A stretch of DNA of 64,000 nt. It comes from Tubulanus polymorphus (lineage: Eukaryota; Animalia; Nemertea). Shown piece by piece: positions 47,014 through 59,369 of the stretch; within the stretch, counting starts at the first letter, position 1; every line of letters begins with the position of its first letter. Location: positions 26,756,150 to 26,820,149 of the forward strand of contig NC_134026.1 of assembly GCF_964204645.1 (NCBI RefSeq), given 5' to 3'. The translations under genes were made by a program, and so were the position numbers. Under the pieces are notes generated by a model. The model saw only the letters and a program-made list of their open reading frames with translations. It had not been told where the DNA came from and ran no database searches.

Positions 47014-47545
47014 TAATCATAATCATTCTACATGTGTAATAAGCATTTTGAACCATTTTTATCAGACAATATCATAGCTTGGTTTTTTATAGTAAAAGTG
47101 ATTATGACTTTACAAATAACATTTTGATTGTATATACTTTAACACTGGATGAATAGCACGTACAATTAATTGCATTTACAAAATTCATGTGAGAGTCGGT
47201 CTCAAAAGAATCATTATTCAACGCTGCTGATTCACACACAACAGTTCAAGTTTTTATTCACCAATTTACCCATATTTGTGAAAATATTTATATTTAGGTA
47301 CAGATTGAAAGCCTTTGAGCCTATATTTGTGTATCATATAAAGACGTACATTTAAGCCTGAAAATTCAGCGCAATTATTACTGTGTTTGCGGGCGGTCAA
47401 TGAATAAATTTTGAATGGACGCTACTCGTAATTCGTCCATGAAATTTAATCTTTTGGTTCAACAAAACGATGTCAAAACAACAGTACTAGTAGCAAGAGG
47501 TTATAATCTATATACGAATGTATTCAGAATCAAACTTTATGAAAC

Positions 47546-47959
47546 TCAAAAATATTTGTCTCTCAAAAAGTCCCCTAATCTTACGACGGCATTGCCACAA
47601 TTAGTGATGTGATATGGTTCTTCGTATGTTCCAACGATGAGACAGGTTTTACATCTTGAGATTGTGCATCCCGTGTTGAATGATTTGGCAACCATCACAT
47701 CTGGTAAAATCCTGATAACTGTGTAATGTACACCATTCACAAAAATACCGGTACGAAAAACTTCCTCAGAATCTAAAAATCCGCTTCCAATGTGTTTGAT
47801 TTCCTCGTGGCTAAGCCCAAATCCATCAGTAGATGCCCACTTCTGACCTCTGATGCTGTAAATGGCACACTTTGTAACATAACCAGTAGATGTAAGACAC
47901 TGGTCTAAAATATCCAACCAAGATGTAATTTTTGACATGATGGCCTCAGCCAGTACCAT
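47546..47959 (-). CDS. Profilin-family protein, intronless, divergent copy B
   Basis: SWLDILDQCLTSTGYVTKCAIYSIRGQKWAST...GIFVNGVHY...CLIVGTY...CGNAVVRLGDFLRDKYF; first ATG at 47959. Confidence 0.9.
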   Translation of the reverse strand: MVLAEAIMSKITSWLDILDQCLTSTGYVTKCAIYSIRGQKWASTDGFGLSHEEIKHIGSGFLDSEEVFRTGIFVNGVHYTVIRILPDVMVAKSFNTGCTISRCKTCLIVGTYEEPYHITNCGNAVVRLGDFLRDKYF

Positions 47960-48049
47960 CGCCCGCTCGACGCAAAAAAAACGACCAATATATATGTATT
48001 CCAACTAGTGTTCGTGTACTTCTGTTATTTGAGTTAAGAAACAGCCACT

Positions 48050-48190
48050 TAACCGATAAAAAGGTCCGACCAGAAATTGAAAACCGATGTCGGCTTTTTT
48101 TTTGCTGTAAAATGACGTCAATCACAAATGAATGAGATCAAGAGTCGATTTAAGCCTCTTCGAGGACGCGCGCGTAGAAATCGTGTGAGT
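48050..48190. promoter_or_regulatory. Probable bidirectional promoter (profilin B / CSE1L) with CRE and CSE1L non-coding first exon
   Basis: Palindromic TGACGTCA at 48113-48120, CpG cluster CGCGCGCG, plus-strand donor GTGAGT at ~48186, acceptor TTATAG just before the CSE1L ATG. Confidence 0.45.
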
Positions 48191-49082
48191 GCTATTTTCT
48201 ATATTTTCATATGCGTTCATAATTTTAGAAACAAATTTGTTTCGCAACATTAATCTTGGCTTTCATTAGTTTTAAACACTAATCAGAAACTTAATGAGAG
48301 TTTGGCAATGAAGTTGGTTACAATCGAACTATACTCCATACTGTAATTGAAAATGCAATAATATGGGATTCGACCATCCACAGTACATTAGTAGACCGGG
48401 CAATATGCAATAGAATCTAATCACCACCCCGTTAGTACAGGCGCCATATTCCTAATTCAGGAACCGGCACGAAGAATTAATTTTGAATTAAGTGGCGTAT
48501 TTTCTCGGGTAAAATTTGTGTTGAAAAGATCTGCTTCAAATTCTGAAATTTGAGAAAATATATATCGATATTTGTAACTGTTATGTGGTGCAATTCCGGG
48601 TTTATTGCGCAGACTCTTAATGAGTAACGTTCGTTCACCACTCACCACCCGTCTTTTTTACTAAATTCAATACAATTTTATTGTCAATTAGTATATGCTT
48701 GGAGTAATCAGACTTCAGTCCAAGTCGAAGTGACTGCAGTAAAGGTGTCCCTGATTGAAAAGTCGAAAATACCTAAGCTAAACATTTATTCCTAATCCTC
48801 AGTGATAAGAATTACAGTTACTACTTAACAATACAAAATATTCACTTGTTTCGGTGACCAGCACCAGCCCACGTCAAAAAGTGGCTTGCAATACCTCTGC
48901 ACCAGTGCTCTTGTTGCGCCATCAATATGCTTGTCTGGGTTTATATCTTGAATTTTGCTCCACTTGAGCTCTGTGATGCATGGGGCCATGTGAATTAAAA
49001 CCAATTAGAATAGATAATCAGTTGTAATAATCCACTTCCCATTTATTAATTAATGAAATGTTTTATTATAGCTTTGAAAGAA

Positions 49083-52000
49083 ATGGATTTTAATGAAGCA
49101 AATTTGCTAGTTCTGGTTGACTATTTAGGGAAAACTCTGTCCCCGAATTTGGAAGAAAGAAAATCTGGTACGTTGACTCTCTATCTCTGTGATTATTGCC
49201 GATCAAGACTCATTATTTCGACCAGTGATCACGCTAATGTACATGTATCTACTTGCAGCTGAGAAGTTTCTTGAATCTGTTGAAGGCTATAAGAATTATC
49301 CATTGCTTTTGCTCGAATTATTATCTAAGGATGGCCTCGAAGACGTTATTAGAGTTAGCGCAGCTGTCATGTTTAAAAACTACACAAAGAGAAATTGGAG
49401 AGTGGTGAGTAGAGAGATCTCTTTTAGTGCCCACTTGTACCCTCAAGTGCTGATGATTATTTTAAAATTTTGAAAAATTTCACCCCAGTGTGTCGCATGA
49501 CGGGCATACCACTAGTGCATCAACCTTGCAGTGCGGTGTATCATTAGTTACTATCATTAGCAGTGCGGTGTAGATACATGAAAAGGGTTAACGATGGGGT
49601 TTTCTACATTTTTGTACAGGTTGAAGATTCGCTTGATAAAATTCATGCGGACGATCGAGCCATCATCAAAGAGAGAATTGTTGATTTAATGCTTAAAAGT
49701 CCCGAAAAAATCCAAAGACAATTAAGTGATGCTATCAGCATAATAGGTCGAGAAGATTTCCCTAAAGATTGGCCTAATCTTATTGGAGAAATGGTTACCA
49801 AATTTCAAAGTGGTGACTTTCACATGATAAATGGTGTTTTGCGCACAGCTCATTCTATTTTCAAAAGGTATAATTGATTCTTTATGGTTAAAAAGTGCAC
49901 TTTTCATTTCTTGTTCATAATGATTTGACCATTTTTCGTTCAGATATCGTCATGAATTTAAGTCTCAAGAATTATGGACTGAAATAAAGTTCGTCCTCGA
50001 CAATTTTGCTGCACCTTTAACTATTCTTTTCGAGGTAACTTATCGTTCTTAGCGGTATTTGTAATTGAAGAGAGACAAAGAAAAGTCCATACTGGTGATT
50101 GTTTTATATTTCAGGCCACAATGCAGCTTGCCCAAACAAATGCTAACGATCCATCAGCGTTGAAAGTAATTTTTAGTTCACTTGTGCTTATTTGCAAGAT
50201 ATTCTACAGCTTAAACTTCCAGGTTTGTCGTCTTTCATCTTACCAACTGTTATTGGATTAACTTTTATGTGATTTGTGACTTAAGTTATTATGTTTACAG
50301 GATTTACCTGAACATTTTGAAGATAATATGGACAAATGGATGACTCATTTTCTAGCCCTTCTTACCGTTGATTATCAACTGCTCAAGACAGAGGTGAGTA
50401 AAGACTTTCGTCAACATACCTGACGGCAAATGATTGAAAATCTATATTCTTGAATTGTTTGGATTTTGGTAGGATGAAGATGAAGCAGGCCTTCTCGAAC
50501 AAGTTCGTTCTCAAGTTTGTGATAACGTCGGGCTTTATACTCAGAAATATGATGAAGAATTCTCACCACATTTGAAAAAGTTTGTTGAAGCTGTTTGGCA
50601 TTTGCTCGTTAACACCGGACCTCAACCTAAATATGATCTGGTCAGTGTTCTTTGTTATTACATGTTTGTGAAAAAAGTCCGTGAAATGAAGAAACTGGAT
50701 TTCGTACCGTACAAACTATATCAACTTTTTTTTAAATTTGTTTTTCAGTTAGTGAGTAATGCCATCCAGTTTTTGGCTTCAGTTGCTGATCGACCTCGCA
50801 ATAAAGAATTGTTTGCTTCACCAGATACATTACAGGGAATTTGTGAGAAAGTTATAGTGCCTAATATGAACTTCAGAAGTAAGATCTGTTTGCAGGAAAT
50901 AGATATGTAGCTGAACCATGTAATGATGTTGAGGTAACATAATAACAGCCTGTTACTTTCGTATAAATTTTCTTCAGAAGCTGATGGAGAACTATTCGAA
51001 GATAATCCCGATGAGTATATAAGAAAGGACATGGAAGGCTCAGGTATGTTGAGAGAATAGTCATTTGGTTGAAAACGTTAATAAAACTGAAATGATGTTC
51101 AATTGATATTGTTTTATTTTCACCTCATCAGATGTAGATACAAGGCGTCGTTCTGCTTGTGATTTAGTGAAGTCATTATCAAAACTGTTTGAAGGTCCGG
51201 TGATTGAAATTTTCTCAAAATATGTCAAACAGCTGTTAGATGTGTGTATTGTTGATTTCTCGTCATTTATCGTCGTATGTTTGTTTCATAATTCAGATGT
51301 TCGTAATGAGAACTTTTTACTTACAGGAATACAGCCAAAATCCAGCTGAAAACTGGGCAAAGAAAGACGCCGCTATTTATCTTGTTACTTCTTTAGCAGC
51401 TAAAGCAAAAACACAAAAAGTAAGTTACATAGTTGATGTAACAATGACCTCTCCAGCATGACGTACTTTAAAGATTTATGTTTTATGATTTCAGCTTGGT
51501 ATAACCCAAACGAGTGAACTTGTAAATATCACAGATTTCTTTAATTCTCACATTGTTCCTGATCTGACATCACCTAATGGTACTGTGTGTGTTTCTTATA
51601 GTAATCAACCCTTGCTGCGCATTATACAAATGCTTGAAAATACGATCATACTTTTGTAGTTGATGATTTGCCCGTCTTAAAAGCTGATGCTATGAAATAC
51701 GTGATGATATTTCGAAATCAGCTGTCCACCGATATCCTCATAGCTAGTGTACCTCTCCTCGTTAAACATCTGCCGGCTAAGAGTCACGTTGTTCATAGTT
51801 ATGCGGCATATGCATTGGAAAGATTGCTCACTGTTAAAGGTGCACACGGTGGCCCTGCGTAAGTAGATTTACTTCCTCCGTAAGCTGGGGTTTCGAACCT
51901 GATAGTATCAAGACACTGCCACTATAAAAATCCGGCTTGAATTTTCGCAGTGTGCATTAAGATGCTCAGCTTCCCAGCCACGGTAGATTCCAGCCACGGG

Positions 52001-54524
52001 AGATTGTACATTAGCCACGTTTGTGTTCATTGAATTGTTACTGCGAATAGTCCATTATTTTCTGCACTGACTGTAAACTGGTATTCTTTTGTTCGTATTA
52101 GTGTTTCAAAGCAGACAATATTGGATGGAAACATTAAGGAGCTCTTGCAGAACCTTTTCAGTGTAATGGATCAATCTGGATCTGAAGAAAATGAATACGC
52201 AATGAAAGGTTAGCAGCATGCTTTTCAAAAGTCGGTTTTGTATTTCGGAAAGGTGTTGAGATGTTTTAAGCTTTACTTTCTGATTTGTTCAGCTTTGATG
52301 AGAACATTTTCATTGCTCCAAGAAAGTGTTTTGCCTTATGTGTCGATCATAATGGAAAATTTGGCTCAGAAGTTGATTGTCGTTAGCAAGGTGAGTTAGT
52401 AATTAGATTTTCTCTAAATATTTGATTTGATATATACTGACATTGTCTCAGAAGACTATAACGTCTGTTTACAATGACATTTTTATTTTGTATATTCAAA
52501 TCATTCAAAGTATTCAAATTGTATATGTTTCTGTTACAGAACCCAAGCAAACCGCATTTCAACCACTATCTATTTGAGTCATTGTGTGTTGTTATTCGAA
52601 GTACTTGTAAAGTACAACCTACAGCCGTTTCAACATTTGAAGGCGTACTTTTCTCTTCATTTGAAAAGATTATACAGGAAGATGTACAAGGTATGATGTA
52701 ATGTGCCGATATGGATGAATTTCAACTGAATTCAGTATCGGTATGTACATGGGTGATTTGTTTTTCAGAATTTATACCGTATGTGTTCCAAATAATGTCT
52801 CTGTTACTGGAAATGCATTGTGTTGGTGTACCTGATGTATATATGACTATATTCCCATTCTTGCTGACACCAGACCTTTGGGAGAGATTGGGCAATATAC
52901 CTCCATTGGTGCGACTCCTACAAGCATTTATTGAAAAAGGCGCAAATCAGATACCTGCAGACAAAGTGGTATGTCATAGACTTCATGTTTTGATCCGTTT
53001 TGATGATATCGACCCTATTTGTGGTTTTCTTTTCCAGAGTGGTCTCCTTGGAGTGTTTCAAAAACTACTTGCTTCTAAATCTAATGATCATGAAGGGTTC
53101 TATCTGATTAATGCAATGATTGAACACTTGCCGCAGTAAGCACCATTTTAATTTGATATCCATGCTTTTGTAAGTTTTCAATCAAGTACCATTCTCTAAT
53201 CTTCAATACTATTTTTTTTGCAGAAATATCATGGGTCAGTACTTGAAGCAGGTCTTCATTCTACTGTTTAAGAGGCTAATGGGTTCCAAGACAACTAAAT
53301 TTGTGAAAAGTAAGTCGCCCACTTGCCATAATTTTCAACCAATCCAGTTGGTGATCCATTTTGAAATGAATTTTAATTAATTTCAGGTTTAATTGTATTT
53401 TTCTGCCTGTATTCGATTACATATGGAGGCTCATCTTTGATAGAAATGATTGATGGGATACAAGAAAAGTATGTCTTAAATCGCTTTAACTGCATCAACA
53501 ACAATGTGCTCAACCAGTCTGGTGTTAATTTGAATTTCTCATTTTCTAGTTTCTTTGGAACAGTTATTGAAAAAGTATTGATTAGCGATGTACAGAAAAT
53601 TTCTGGACGTATAGAAAAGAAAATATGTGCTGTTGGCCTGACAAAAATTCTTACAGAAGCCCCAGTGATGTTACAGTCTTATGACAAATTTTGGTATAGA
53701 ATTTCTATGAGTCGTGAATATGTGAAAATATAGCATAATTAGAGTTCTTAACCATTTTATGGTAAATATGGATTTCAGGGCACCACTTCTACAAACTCTG
53801 ATTGGTCTCTTTGAATTACCAGAAGATACAACAATTCCAGACGATGAACATTTTATTGAGATTGAAGATACATCGGGTTTGTTTAAGAAATATTCTATCA
53901 TTACAATTTGTTTACTATTTTTGAAAGCAAATGCAAGTACCGCATATGTCTATATTGAACAGGATATCAGACCTCATATTCGAGACTAATGTTTGCTGGA
54001 AAATCAGAACGGGATCCTTGCCATGCAGTTGCCGATATGAAATTAAACTTAGCCAAGTCTTTAGAAAAACTTTCTATTGGTAATCCAGGAAAGGTTAGTT
54101 GAAAACTTTGTACAATTTCTTTACAATTTCTTCTTATTTTTGGTCGACCTCAGTAAATCCATCCTTGGATGTTGAACCTCATTGTAGTGAACCCGTTTAT
54201 TACAATGATTTCCAGCATGTCTTAACTATGATATCAGTCAATCAAGCTTTGACTAATACAAAACCAATTTAATACGACAATTACACTTTTGCAATATTTG
54301 TGAGGTTCCACTAGTTTATATGGATTATTATCTGTTAAACCACTTTAAAAAACTTGGTCGGGAGTGATACAGGTTAAGCGAGGTACCACTTTGGTGATGA
54401 GGTTTATTATGCCAATTTCTGTTTTCTTTTTTAGCTGCAGCCTCTTATTTCATCCAGTTTACAACCAGAAGCTTTCAATTTCTTACAACACTATCTGAAT
54501 GCGGCAAGTGTCACTCTTGCATGA
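49083..54524 (+). CDS. CSE1L: Exportin-2 / CAS (importin-alpha re-exporter), ~20 small introns
   Basis: [110 protein letters not shown]; stop TGA 54522-54524. Confidence 0.97.
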
Positions 54525-54685
54525 TGAATATACCTGCTAAAACACATTGTGCTGAACGATATTGAACATTTCGCGATAGCATGTGATGCTTTTGCTAAAT
54601 ACATTGTATCCCGCTAATTTTTTACAACATACAGTGTATCTTGACTGGTTACAGAATCGTGAAGGAAAAAATTGACTAAGCATTA

Positions 54686-54829
54686 CAGTGGAACGTTGTA
54701 ACGACTACAGCTATAAAGCCAGAATTTCGTCCCAAATAGAACAACTTCAATAATCTGATACTGAATATAACGGACTATCGGCCATAATGAACAGATTCGT
54801 TGGTCCCCTAGTTCACTGAGGTTCCACTG
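54686..54829. mobile_element. Degenerate Tc1/mariner (pogo/Tigger-like) MITE downstream of the CSE1L stop
   Basis: TA|CAGTGGAAC ... GTTCCACTG termini; similar GAGGTTCCACT remnants lie in the last CSE1L intron (~54303). Confidence 0.5.
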
Positions 54830-55983
54830 TTTTGTCAAACAGCATTGTATTCCATTTGTATATCAGTGACTTGTTCCGAATCTTAGATATGGGAATAGAT
54901 TGGTCTTTATTAATGTTCATTGTTTATCTAAAGTCAATAAATACCCATTCTGCAAAGTATTGAGTTCTTGTTGTTGATATCGTGTTCGAGTATACAAAAT
55001 TTGGAAGTTTTGAATGACTAAAGGATCCAAAATCAGATTGGTTTAATTTCATGATTGTATACCTTCATAATCTCTGTATCGAGACAATCTATCCAGTATC
55101 ATTAGCAATCTGTATTCTTAGGCACTGATTTGTGCTTGCTTTTCGCCAAAGTAGATCAAGTTTCTACGTCGATACAATTATACATTTAAAAAGAATGAAA
55201 GATGTTATAGAAAAACTGCCAGTTGAGTATTTTCAGTGCTGTTTTAAGGGAATTTTTTTGGAACCCGGCCCGCAAGTCGGTAAGATACAGCTACAGCTGT
55301 TCAAAGACTCTGGCAAGTGAGTACTTGGTTAGTTCACGTTTCCTCCGCTATCGTTATACATAGGGGCAGCACTAGACGGTTCAGATCGCAATTCTTAATC
55401 GACTAATGCTTTATTTAATGAAATCATTCTCTTGGTTAATTGAAACTTTGAAGCTTTCTAAATAAAACGGATTCTTCATTTTTTTATAATTTGGTAAAAT
55501 AGCTTAGAATTAAATCAATGCGCATCCAGTCTGTTCATGCATAGAACTAGTTATAAAGTTAGTATGATGAGCAGTTACAATGTCAAGCATCGGCACATAC
55601 TTCTTTTGCAGCACTAAGTGTTAACTTTTGCTGAAGCCTACTATGAAAACCCTTGCAGTAAAAATCACTGCTCTTCTATCTTGATATCTCCAAACATTTC
55701 TGAGAAATAATTTCACGAAAAATTCAATTTATCTTAAAGATTTATTCTTATAAATAAATTATACAATGATAATATTTGAATGTAAGTAATGAAGTTATTT
55801 TCAAAAATGCAGAGGGAACATTAATGGAGATTGGAGGCTTGCACTTCATCTTGGCCGTGTCCTCTTTTATGATCTGAAAGTAGAAGTTGGAAGCTATTTA
55901 TAAAATATTGCTATCACATACAAGGACAGGACCCATGAAGAATTTGAAGGTTGATATGACAGGTTATCCACCTTTTTAGCAGC

Positions 55984-56094
55984 CTATTGCAGTTTAGGGT
56001 TGTTGACCGATACATAGTGATAGAGTACCACCAGCAAGAACAGGCTCACACCCAGAATATTGGCGAATACAGCTAGTTGCACATCGGTAATCAT
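55984..56094 (-). CDS. OST4: Oligosaccharyltransferase subunit 4 (36-aa microprotein)
   Basis: [36 protein letters not shown]-stop, near-identical to metazoan OST4. Acceptor immediately upstream of the ATG, donor 12 nt after the stop, 3' UTR exon from ~55873 with AATAAA. Confidence 0.95.
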   Translation of the reverse strand: MITDVQLAVFANILGVSLFLLVVLYHYVSVNNPKLQ

Positions 56095-56193
56095 TCTAAA
56101 ACGAAAAAGAGTAACAAAACTAGATACATTAGGTACCATAAAGAACAACAAGGCTACAGTCAGTGCGCCCGGGCAGTGGCATGCAACTAACTG

Positions 56194-56740
56194 CTAATGT
56201 CTATTTATTAATTGATGAGACCTGTTTTTCTTGGATATTTTGCTTACTTTTTGGGGTACATACCTCATTTATGTCTTAACAGAATGCCAAAAATCGCGGA
56301 CAACAACTGAATATCCGATATATTTCCAGTTCTGTACCAATTAGATCGATTGGCAAAAAGACTCCTTAAGTCCAGTTGAATGAGAGAGAAAATCCTCCAT
56401 TTTGTCAAATTTCTTGGATTTGAACATTGTTACCATGCCTACGCCACCCTGATTTAGTTGTTGAGACCCACAAGAAAAATAACTTCATTTAGTAGGCATG
56501 GTGACAATGTAAAAATTCAAGAAATTTCACAAAATGGAGGATTTTCTCTCTCATTCAACTGGACTTAAGGAGTCTTTTTGCCAATCCATCTAATTGGTAC
56601 AGAACTGGAAATATATCGGATATTCAGTTGTTGTCCGCGATTTTTGGCATTCTGTTAAGACATAAATGAGGTATGTACCCCAAAAAGTAAGCAAAATATC
56701 CAAGAAAAACAGGTCTCATCAATTAATAAATAGACATTAG
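56194..56740. repeat. 547-bp foldback (long inverted repeat): ~249-bp arms, 49-bp spacer
   Basis: 56194-56442 is the near-perfect reverse complement of 56492-56740, with few mismatches, mostly near the spacer. Confidence 0.95.
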
Positions 56741-57109
56741 TCAAGACGAATGCAGAGCGCATTTGTTTGAAATCGGAATTATTCCAAATAAACCTAATAC
56801 GCTCAATCAAAAGGACGCAGCTCCCCACTAAAATTAATAAAAGTGTAAAATTTCATTTCTGCTGGGCCTACCTCCTCGACCTCAGCTCAATTCTCAGAAT
56901 TGAATTGAGTGAGTTTATTTAGAAATTTCTACCTCACTCAATATCTGACTGTAATTCGTACACAGTATTGAATTAATGAACATGCACTCTAGAAAAATAG
57001 TTCTCGTCATTTTTACCTTGTTGCTTTTACAGTGTTTTAACGTCCGAAATCTTAAAATATATTCAGTAGACCTGTGTACACCGCCGGTACGATTTTTGTA
57101 CAATTTTAG

Positions 57110-57190
57110 CTTGTACGTGTAACAAAATGGCGTCGTGTCACATGATCAACACAAAATAGGTCACATGGTTTGAAAATGGCCGCTGGTCAT
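57110..57190. promoter_or_regulatory. Likely OST4 promoter, possibly bidirectional
   Basis: Two YY1-like AAAATGGC(G/C) and two E-box-like GTCACATG motifs clustered upstream of minus-strand donors (~56871, ~56931). Confidence 0.45.
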
Positions 57191-59369
57191 GATAGACAGC
57201 GCTCGTTCGTTCAAGCATTGCAAGGTTGGTCAAATTCAATGATAGCTACTGCCTTTTATTTGGATACGTAAATATATACGCTTTACACGCCCACCACATG
57301 ACCATACACCCATGTCCACCAGTAAACCCAACAACACTGTCCACGACCACTGCGTTGTCACTCAGTCGAGTCGAAGTCACTCAGTATAGTCTGCTGAATC
57401 TCTGAGCATGCGGAGTGACGGTAGCACTATCCCGTCCCCATATCACTATCATCATCAATGTCAAAATGTACTAATTACACACACAATTAAGAATTAGATC
57501 GCTTGGTATACCGACTAATACCCAGTTAATACAGTGCACCATCCTCTGAGTCCAAGTTTTTGACAAAGGAGTTTGCGCATCCCAGTCATGATAAATCATT
57601 AAATGAGATATTTTTGCCCAACAAAATAGATTTTGGAGATTGAAAAATAAACTTTGAGCTTTTTTTTCACATGGCTAATTAATTGAAGTTCATGATCATG
57701 GATATTTGATTATAGTACAAAATAAGTTAAAGCCATGTAGAGAAATGCTAAGAACATTATCTACCTTTTAAAAAAAAATCATGCAGTTTCGCATTGTGAG
57801 CACCAGATGGAAATACTGTAGATTTTTTACCACTCTTCATTGAGGCATTGAAAAATCTCCATCAATTATCATGTGTGAAACTTCGTTATATGAGATCTGT
57901 CCTTATATCTTTATCTTGTATTTTTGTTTGAAGATCTGATATGTAGACATGTGGAAAAAAGTCCACACTAAAGGGAAATTGAATATTTTAAATCATGTTA
58001 TTTTTAGTATAAGGCTTTTTTCGACAGCCCAAACATTACTGATTACTGATAACTGGCGGTTAAATACCATATTAACTGACATTTTAATTGTCACTATGTC
58101 AACTTTCCAATGCTTAAACTGTAATCAACTTAAAAGCAACGTGACCCCTGGTTTAAATCAACTTTATAAACTATTTCAATGTTTTACACTGGATTAGATC
58201 ATTTGATAGTTCCATCGTTTTTTTTTGCATAGAATATGATATTTCCTTACATGTTCGAATATACCTGATCATCATAGTGTGAATTTATTTCATATTTTCG
58301 AAACCAATTTACCGTTAGTTATCCATGTTTAGAAACCCAATACTGTTTATGAGTTTACTGTGGAGGTGGCTCAATTAATTGTAAACCTGTCATATGCAGG
58401 CATACAAAAATCTGGTTTGCAGTTCAATGGTCCCCAATTCTGGTGGGCTTAGTTTATAAACAACGCTATCTGTATTTAGACCATTAAGACTTATCTCCTG
58501 ATGAGTATCAGTTTTAGTCTGGCTAGGTTTCTAAGAAATCTTGTATACTGATGGGCTGCACTAAGCTCCAGGTGTGTTGAGTTGATTAAATCTGGTGATA
58601 TATAGGTTACCTCACAGTACCTGGAGCTAGGAGGCTGAGACACATGGCAAATATCTATTAAAAGTTATTGAAGTTTCAGTGGGTTGCTATATTTAGAAAC
58701 TTGAGAGCTCTTACACATCTGTTTAACTGTCATGGTATTTATCCTCTGCCTAAGCAGGGTCATTATTTATTCTAGTGAAAAGTTCATGTGTGGTTTCTGA
58801 ACTGGACCCATGCCTATTCTTGTCTCCAAAATTGAATTTTTACTTCTTTTGTGATTTTGATATAATTAAAAGTTCATGACCAGTGTTCACGTTGAGTAGC
58901 TGTTTACTCGAGCCAGACATTGATTTCAATGGAAAAAATGTTGAATTGAAAAAAATTTCAAAGCCCTGAAGACCCTGAACTGTAGTTAGCTTCAGGGGTC
59001 ATATTGGACCTGGACGTAGGCCAAATGCCTTGATTTGATATTTTAAAGATATCATAAAACTTGGGTGAATAAACTATGGAAGAATGGTATGAATGGTTGA
59101 TTAACTACAGTTTGTTTAGAAAGTGTGTGTAGCAGTGAGGTTGTAAAGGCCATAAGTATCATGACCTGGTCATTTGTGTAGCTTATTAGAGTTGGTAGTA
59201 AAGCGTGTAGTATTTTGTCCAGTCTTGTCAATGAAAATTATTCAGGCGCATTTCTCGGAAATTAGATATCATATTAGGGTCAATAATTTGATGATTTTTT
59301 TATGCTTATAAAACCGTTACATAACCCTTATTTTTTTTTTGATGAATTTCGATAATTATTTTTGACAGC

